Positions 60,565-64,000 of a stretch of 64,000 nucleotides of DNA are shown in pieces. How positions within the stretch are numbered: the first letter of the stretch is position 1; every line of letters begins with the position of its first letter. Below the pieces are notes generated by a model. It saw only the letters and a list, made by a program, of their open reading frames with translations, was not told the origin of the DNA and did not search any database. Source of the stretch: an uncultured cyanobacterium (GTDB taxonomy: Bacteria; Cyanobacteriota; Cyanobacteriia; Cyanobacteriales; Nostocaceae); assembly GCA_963740315.1 (NCBI GenBank), contig CAVUDP010000001.1, positions 704,001 to 768,000 on the forward strand, given 5' to 3'. Position numbers and translations under genes: made by a program.

Positions 60565-60785
60565 ACTATTACAATTTCAACTTTATCCTCTGGAACAAAC
60601 TCACCTCTATCTTGTAAAACTTCAATATAAAGTGATATTGCTTCTTCAATATTAGCTAAAGCTTCTTCACGAGATTTACCTTGACTAATGCAACCAGGTA
60701 AACTCGGAACTTCAACAACAAAATAACCATTTTCACCAGGATAAAGTAATACTTTGCGTTTTGATTTTGTTTGCGATTGTGGCAT
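60561..60785 (-). CDS. hicB: HicB family antitoxin (short form)
   Basis: VPSLPGCISQG..EEALANIEEAI..Y. Confidence 0.93.
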   Translation of the reverse strand: MPQSQTKSKRKVLLYPGENGYFVVEVPSLPGCISQGKSREEALANIEEAISLYIEVLQDRGEFVPEDKVEIVIV

Positions 60786-60846
60786 GGTGATTCTTTTATA
60801 TTTTGCATCACATAATTATAGCTCAAAGAAAACTGTTATTTATAAA

Positions 60847-60922
60847 TAGGACTTACGCAAAGCCCCCCAATAATACGGGGGGTTGGGGGGATCTAAAACT
60901 TTAGGATGCTTGTAAGTTCCTA
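60847..60922. mobile_element. Short degenerate MITE (TAGGACTTACGC..GTAAGTTCCTA)
   Basis: Imperfect TIRs around a CCCCCC..GGGGGG..GGGGGATC hairpin. Confidence 0.55.
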
Positions 60923-60928
60923 TAACTA

Positions 60929-61552
60929 TTAATCAAATGAATCAAATATCTGTCTATCAACAACTTCGCCATTAGGTAATGTCACGTCTTGCAAAGTATT
61001 GCCAGCGAAATCACTTAAATCGGCTCCTCGCGCATTCTTAAAATTACAATTAAAAAAATGATTTTCACTCAAACTTAGGTAGCCAAAAGTAGCAGCCTCA
61101 AAATTAATAGATTGAAAACCACACATAGAAAACCAACTCATCTCTATATTAACTTTCTTAAAACTACTTCTTAAAAATGCACCTTCTTGTAAAAATGACT
61201 GACTCAAATCTGCTCTTTCAAAATTACAATTTTCCAAAAACGAAAAACTTAAATCGCTTTGCATTAATTTAGCACCTACAAGACTGACTTCAATCCATTT
61301 GCATTCACTAATATCAGCTTTACACAGTTTAGCGTTATCGAAATTGACTTTATTCATTTCAGAGCCATTTAAATCAGTTTGAGATAAATTTGCGCTTTTT
61401 AAATTTACATTTTCAATAATACATCCTCTTAAATTAGAACGAGTAAGGTTAATACCTTCTAAATTAATATTTACTAAATCATCCGGTAAATTTATACCAA
61501 TAAAATCTCTTTCCCCTCTACTGTATCGCCGAAGTAATTCTTCTAAATCCAT
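60929..61552 (-). CDS. Pentapeptide repeat protein
   Basis: ELLRRYSRGERDF start; A(N/D)L-type pentapeptides; TLPNGE end. Confidence 0.9.
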   Translation of the reverse strand: MDLEELLRRYSRGERDFIGINLPDDLVNINLEGINLTRSNLRGCIIENVNLKSANLSQTDLNGSEMNKVNFDNAKLCKADISECKWIEVSLVGAKLMQSDLSFSFLENCNFERADLSQSFLQEGAFLRSSFKKVNIEMSWFSMCGFQSINFEAATFGYLSLSENHFFNCNFKNARGADLSDFAGNTLQDVTLPNGEVVDRQIFDSFD

Positions 61553-61577
61553 TATTCTGAATTAAATTATTTATTTA

Positions 61578-61922
61578 TTAAAACAGTAACGGTTCAATTC
61601 TTGCTTGTACCTCTTCAACTATACTTTCTGGTACAGTCTCGACGAATTGAACATTTCTAACCTTCCAATCAAGACATTTAATTTGGTCTGTAAGAATAAC
61701 TCCATAAGTTTTGAGTTCGGAAGGTAAAACAACTTCAAAAGGATAACCTTTCTGTTGACTAGTTATCGGTAAAAATAAACCTAAAGAAGTTTTCTGATTG
61801 TAAATATAGGGAGAAATTACAAAAGCAGGTCTATACCCTCGTTGTTCGTGACCTTTCGTAGGATTAAAATCCAAATAAACAATATCTCCTCTACTAGGAA
61901 TATATTCGTTAGTTTGTGTCAC
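61578..61922 (-). CDS. mazF: MazF/PemK endoribonuclease toxin
   Basis: RGDIVYLDFNPTKGHEQRGYRPA, KGYPFEV, DQIKCLDW. Confidence 0.95.
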   Translation of the reverse strand: MTQTNEYIPSRGDIVYLDFNPTKGHEQRGYRPAFVISPYIYNQKTSLGLFLPITSQQKGYPFEVVLPSELKTYGVILTDQIKCLDWKVRNVQFVETVPESIVEEVQARIEPLLF

Positions 61923-62161
61923 CAGCTTTCATTCCCTTTTGCAACTCCGCTATCAATTTCATGATGAAGATTGTCCGGAGTAATTTCTTTAACAAGTTGA
62001 TTTAAAGTATATTTATTGCGTTTTCTTGGCTTCAATACCAAATTTCCATCAACAATATCAAGCTTGACTTGTGAACCTTCAGCTAAATCAATTTCTTTAG
62101 CAATGTTTTGAGGAATGCGAATCGCAAGACTGTTACCCCATTTCGCAATTATTGAAAACAT
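61919..62161 (-). CDS. mazE: AbrB/MazE antitoxin
   Basis: KWGNSLAIRIP, YTLNQLV..IT, GNESW; GTGA overlap with mazF. Confidence 0.95.
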   Translation of the reverse strand: MFSIIAKWGNSLAIRIPQNIAKEIDLAEGSQVKLDIVDGNLVLKPRKRNKYTLNQLVKEITPDNLHHEIDSGVAKGNESW

Positions 62162-62652
62162 TTAAATTATTTTACCTAATGTATATACAAAATATCTACA
62201 TTGTAACTCACACATTGCACCATTCTCAACAACACCAGGGAATGCAATTAAAAGATGCTTCAAAAAGATTCGACAAATATAACCCGCCTTACTGCGGGTT
62301 TTGCTTGTGTAGCCGCGACTTCCAATCGCCAGGTTATTATATTTTTACCTTCAATGTAATTCATTTTTATAAATAAAATTTCATGAGAATTTTACAATAA
62401 TTTTCCATCCGGCTTTATTCAATACATTTATTATCATTCTCCTAAATACAATCAAGTTGATTGATTAAATTAACCTATGAAATAAAAAAACACTTGTCAT
62501 AGTTGTTACATAAACCCTTATACTAGGCACGGCACTATAAAAGGCTTAATACGTCAATCATCCTACCGCGATAATTTTGCTTTATCTAATGGAGTAAATT
62601 AACGCGCATTAATTCAAATTCATATAAAGTAAGCAGACATACCTGTAGACTA

Positions 62653-63981
62653 ATGATCGATAAATTCCAAAATCAAAGTTTGCAAGTCCGCGCAAGGCTA
62701 GTTAACTTATTTAGAAGACTAAATTGGCAAAAATTATCACATAAACGGCTACTCAAGCGCTGTCTTCCACTTGTATTTGCAATATCATTTTCTACGGTAT
62801 TGTTACTCGATAATTTGCAATCGGCGATCGCTCAATATCCTGCTCCATTTCCTCCCGCAGCGACTATAATTCAACCGGAAATAATTGAACCCCAAATATT
62901 GCAACCGCGACAGTTACCCCGTGAGGAAATTCGCGGTGTGTGGATGAGTACTAATGATTTCAATGTTCTTAAAACTCGCTCTGGAGCAAAGGATGCTGTA
63001 ACTCAGTTGCGGCGCTTGAATTTCAATACTATTTATCCTGTCGTATGGAATTCTGGCTATACTAAGTTTCCCAGTTATACAGCAAAACGCGCTGGCATTC
63101 CCTTTTTCTTCAAAGGTGCAGATGGACACGATATCCTTGCAGATTTGATTAGTCAGTCACATCGTCAGGGTTTATTAGTACTTCCTTGGTTTGAGTTTGG
63201 TTTCATGACTCCGGAAACCTCGGAATTAGCCTTAAATCATCCTGAGTGGTTGACTCAGAAACGCGACGGCAGTCGAACTTCTAACAGTGCTGCGGGTGAA
63301 GTTGCATGGTTAAATCCTTTTCATCCCCAAGTACAGCAGTTTATTCAAAATCTGGTTTTAGAAGTAGTCACTCAATATGATGTTGATGGCATTCAGTTTG
63401 ATGACCACATGAGTTTACCTCGTGACTTCGGTTATGACAAGTACACTGTTGCTTTGTATACTCAAGAAACCGAGAATCCACCACCAGCTAATTCCGCAGA
63501 TGAAGCATGGGTGAAATGGCGTGCGGATAAAATTACGGCGTTTATGGTGCAACTCAATCAAGCGGTTAAAGCCAGAAAGCCTTATACAATTTTCTCTGTA
63601 TCTCCCAATTATTACAACCACGCTTACAAACTGCATCTGCAAGACTGGCTCAACTGGGTGCGTTTGAGTATTGTAGATGAGTTAGTAATGCAAGTTTATC
63701 ATCGCGATTTAGCAAGTTTTATTAAAAAAATTAACCGTCCAGAAATTCTCGAAACCAAACAATATATACCTACTGGTATCGGTATTATGGCGGGTTTGCG
63801 AAATCGTCCGGTTTCAATGGATCAAATTCAATCTCAGGTGCGAGCCGCTCATCAACGCGGTTTGGGTGTAACTTTCTTCTATTACGAAAGTCTGTGGAAT
63901 TACGCTCAAGAAAGTATTGAATTACGGCAGGCTGGATTTAAAGATTTATTTCCCCGTTTTGCTCGTCGTTCAAGAATTTAA
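62653..63981 (+). CDS. Glycosyl hydrolase-like family 10 (DUF187/GHL10) protein
   Basis: EIRGVW, PWFEFG, LNPFHPQVQ, DGIQFDDH, QDW. Confidence 0.92.
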   Translation: MIDKFQNQSLQVRARLVNLFRRLNWQKLSHKRLLKRCLPLVFAISFSTVLLLDNLQSAIAQYPAPFPPAATIIQPEIIEPQILQPRQLPREEIRGVWMSTNDFNVLKTRSGAKDAVTQLRRLNFNTIYPVVWNSGYTKFPSYTAKRAGIPFFFKGADGHDILADLISQSHRQGLLVLPWFEFGFMTPETSELALNHPEWLTQKRDGSRTSNSAAGEVAWLNPFHPQVQQFIQNLVLEVVTQYDVDGIQFDDHMSLPRDFGYDKYTVALYTQETENPPPANSADEAWVKWRADKITAFMVQLNQAVKARKPYTIFSVSPNYYNHAYKLHLQDWLNWVRLSIVDELVMQVYHRDLASFIKKINRPEILETKQYIPTGIGIMAGLRNRPVSMDQIQSQVRAAHQRGLGVTFFYYESLWNYAQESIELRQAGFKDLFPRFARRSRI

Positions 63982-64000
63982 AAATAATTTACTAATTAAC

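Overview
AT-rich chromosomal window from a filamentous, probably heterocyst-forming cyanobacterium (Nostocales/Rivulariaceae-like, inferred from frequent HIP1 GCGATCGC sites, STRR heptamer/nonamer arrays and ycf3-gatC). It holds about 55 CDSs. Housekeeping genes (pyrC-like, msrB, gatC, ycf3, ubiD, putA, mlaE) alternate with accessory material. The accessory material includes: an IS200/IS605 element with IS608-type ends, intact tnpB and broken tnpA; a chelatase plus CoaR-like regulator; an LRR-Roc-COR protein followed by a 4-copy MITE array; an XPB/DUF790 pair; a membrane-anchored GrpE-like plus Hsp70-NBD operon next to a Dam-type R-M locus whose endonuclease has an in-frame stop; a lipoxygenase; three tandem DUF4058 genes plus an Rpn-like remnant; three AIM24 genes; and an island with an EgtD-like methyltransferase operon, hicBA and mazEF. 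I saw no tRNA, rRNA or CRISPR array. The best candidates for undescribed systems are the GrpE-like/Hsp70-NBD pair (26.0-29.0 kb), the DUF4058 array with homogenised ends (41.5-43.9 kb) and the EgtD-like two-gene operon (58.2-60.1 kb). All family calls come from recognising motifs by eye; no database searches were run.
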